Assembly (NCBI RefSeq): GCF_001677475.2
Contig: NZ_CP015229.1
Length of the DNA stretch: 64,000 nt
Reading direction: 5' to 3' (one strand)
Source: Escherichia coli
Lineage (GTDB): Bacteria > Pseudomonadota > Gammaproteobacteria > Enterobacterales > Enterobacteriaceae
In this document: in pieces, positions 61,713 through 64,000 of the stretch
How the letters are laid out: every line of letters begins with the position of its first letter
Position numbering within the stretch: the first letter of the stretch is position 1
Translations under genes and position numbers: made by a program
The notes under the pieces: generated by a model
The model's input: the letters and a program-made list of their open reading frames with translations, nothing else
Told to the model about the DNA's origin: nothing
Databases searched by the model: none

Positions 61713-61809
61713 CGAGTCTGAGAATTTTTTGCGAGCAGCTTTCCCGATGTAACACAACCTAATTGTCGACTTTTCCTTTTTCTCTTACCGTTGAGAAATA
61801 GGAGTCGCT

Positions 61810-62307
61810 ATGTCTGAATATCGTCGTTATTACATCAAGGGGGGAACATGGTTTTTCACGGTAAATTTACTGAATCGTCGAAGCCAGCTTTTGACCACCC
61901 AGTACCAGACGCTCCGTAACGCCATTGTTAAAGTTAAGCGAGCCAGACCTTTTGAAATTAACGCCTGGGTAGTTTTGCCGGAGCATATGCACTGTATCTG
62001 GACATTACCCGAAAGCGATGATGATTTTTCCTCTCGCTGGCGGGAGATTAAAAAGCAATTTACCCATGCTTGTGGATTGAAAAATATCTGGCAACCGCGT
62101 TTTTGGGAGCACGCCATCCGCAATACGAAAGATTATCGCCATCATATTGATTATATTTATATAAATCCAGTAAAGCATGGTTGGGTAAAGCAGGTGAGTG
62201 ATTGGCCATTCTCAACGTTCCATCGCGATGTCGCGCAAGGGTTATATCCCATCGATTGGGCGGGAGACGTAACGGATTTTAGTGCCGGGGAGCGTATCAT
62301 TTTATAA
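61810..62307 (+). CDS. rayT: REP-associated tyrosine transposase RayT (YafM)
   Basis: 165-aa IS200/IS605-like TnpA (HuH motif PEHMHCIW), flanked by REP elements. Confidence 0.85.
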   Translation: MSEYRRYYIKGGTWFFTVNLLNRRSQLLTTQYQTLRNAIVKVKRARPFEINAWVVLPEHMHCIWTLPESDDDFSSRWREIKKQFTHACGLKNIWQPRFWEHAIRNTKDYRHHIDYIYINPVKHGWVKQVSDWPFSTFHRDVAQGLYPIDWAGDVTDFSAGERIIL

Positions 62308-62309
62308 TT

Positions 62310-62515
<206 letters not shown>

Positions 62516-62518
62516 TGC

Positions 62519-64000
62519 CTACATCAACGCCCCCATAATCTTCAACTCCAGCTCATCCGGCACTTCGTTATACGACAGCACATGCAGCCCCGGCGCAAAC
62601 AATCTCGCATAGCGCTCCAGTAAAGGGCGTAACTGCGGCGGCACCAACAACACCGGGTCTTTCCCTGCAGCTTTCATCTGCTCCTTCACCTGCGGCATCG
62701 TGCTCTGGAACTGGTTGAGCATATTCGGGTCCACCGGCACGCTGTCGAGCATCACTTTCCCGCCCTGTTGCGCCTGACTCACCACATTGGTCAGCAGATT
62801 TTCCAGCTCATTATTCAGCGTATATACCGTCAGCTCCTGCTTGCGAACGAACGGATGGGTAATGCTACGCCGCAGCGCCAGGCGCACATCGGCTGCCAGC
62901 AGAATATGATCTTTGGTCACTGTACTACTGGCAACCAGCACGGTGGCGATGGTGACGATATCGCGCAGGGAAACGCCCTCGGTCAGCAGCGCACGGTACA
63001 CTTTCAGCAACTGGCTGTAATTCAGCGCCGCGCTTAAGTCTTCCGCCAGGCGCGGCGCCATCGACGACAAACGGTTATGTAACTGCGTAATATCGTCATA
63101 GTTAAACAAATCAGGGATATAGCTGCGCACAATCTTGTTCACATGGGTGGCAATCACGCTGGCGCTGTCGATCACCTGATACCCCATATTCAGCGCCTTC
63201 GCTTTCTGCGCAGGCTGGATCCAGGTCACCGGCATCCCATACGCCGGGTCATTCCCCAGCACGCCGTCTATCTCGCCGTAAGTTTCGCTGGAGGGCAGCG
63301 CCATCAGTTTATCCGCCGGAATATCCGCTTCATCAGCCTTTATGCCGTTGATGAAAATAGCGTACTGGCTGGGCTTGAGGCGGAAGTTTTCCCGAATGCG
63401 GATCTCCGGCAGCAGCACGCCGTTACCGTCGGATATCACCTGCCGCACGCCGCGAATCCGCTGGGTGAGCGGGTTACCTTGGGCTTTATCGACCAGCGCC
63501 ACCAGCTTGTAGCCGAGGCTTAAGCTGATGGGCTCGATCAGCGGAATGGTTTCCCAACTGACCTGTTGCTCGCTGGTTTCGGTGATGGTTCGGGTCAGCG
63601 TTTCGAGGCTTTTCTCCTCCGCCTCCGCCGCCTGCGGGCGTTTGCTCATCCGCCAGCCGGTAAAGCCAAGCAGGGCGCTGAACAGCAAAAATGGCAGATG
63701 CGGCATCCCCGGCACCACCGCCAGCACAAACATGATCCCGGTGGCGGTGTAGAGCACCGACGGGCTTGCCAGCAGCTGGTGGCGCACGTCATGGGCGATA
63801 TCGCCGTTGTCGCTGACGCGGGTGACGATAATTGCCGCCGCGGTGGAGAGCAGCAGGGACGGGATCTGCGCCACCAGGCCGTCGCCGATGGTCATCAGCA
63901 CATATTGCTGGAAGGCGGCGTCGGCGCTCAGGTTGTATTTGAAGATGCCGATACAGACGCCGCCGATCAGGTTGATCGCCAGAATCATCATCCCGGCGAT
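62519..64000 (-). CDS. lfhA: FlhA-family export-gate protein of the Flag-2 locus, C-terminal part; N-terminus beyond window end
   Basis: Open frame on minus strand from stop at 62519 to window edge; FlhA-like sequence (…LSLGYKLVALVD…, …VRGVRQVISDGNGVLLPEIRIRENF…). Confidence 0.8.
   Translation of the reverse strand: MAGMMILAINLIGGVCIGIFKYNLSADAAFQQYVLMTIGDGLVAQIPSLLLSTAAAIIVTRVSDNGDIAHDVRHQLLASPSVLYTATGIMFVLAVVPGMPHLPFLLFSALLGFTGWRMSKRPQAAEAEEKSLETLTRTITETSEQQVSWETIPLIEPISLSLGYKLVALVDKAQGNPLTQRIRGVRQVISDGNGVLLPEIRIRENFRLKPSQYAIFINGIKADEADIPADKLMALPSSETYGEIDGVLGNDPAYGMPVTWIQPAQKAKALNMGYQVIDSASVIATHVNKIVRSYIPDLFNYDDITQLHNRLSSMAPRLAEDLSAALNYSQLLKVYRALLTEGVSLRDIVTIATVLVASSTVTKDHILLAADVRLALRRSITHPFVRKQELTVYTLNNELENLLTNVVSQAQQGGKVMLDSVPVDPNMLNQFQSTMPQVKEQMKAAGKDPVLLVPPQLRPLLERYARLFAPGLHVLSYNEVPDELELKIMGALM

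Overview
Escherichia coli chromosome, proS to lfhA (the K-12 ~4.9–5.6 min region), carrying a ~33.7-kb type VI secretion system (T6SS) island between tRNA-Asp aspV and yafV that K-12 lacks. The flanks are ordinary core genome: proS (partial), tsaA, rcsF, metQIN, gmhB, the complete rrnH operon (16S, tRNA-Ile, tRNA-Ala, 23S, 5S, tRNA-Asp), dkgB, yafCDE, mltD, gloB, yafS, rnhA, dnaQ and aspV on the left; yafV, ivy, fadE, gmhA, yafJ, yafK, dinJ-yafQ, yafL, rayT with REP elements and the start of lfhA on the right. The island holds all 13 T6SS core genes (tssA–M including hcp, clpV, vgrG) plus tagJ, an FHA-like gene, tagF, an EagR chaperone and a prePAAR-Rhs effector, and ends in a symE-like gene and a decayed ISAs1 (H-repeat) remnant. 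The main results are six AT-rich candidate effector/immunity cassettes wedged between core genes: a frameshifted M15 peptidase, a Cys/His protein pair, a lysozyme-like protein with a 2-TM partner, a Tae4 amidase cassette flanked by a duplicated tagF 5' end, an HExxHxxGxxD metallopeptidase pair, and an Rhs C-terminal toxin of unrecognised family. TssL is also split by an in-frame TGA. All calls rest on reading the sequence and on recalled family motifs; no searches were run.
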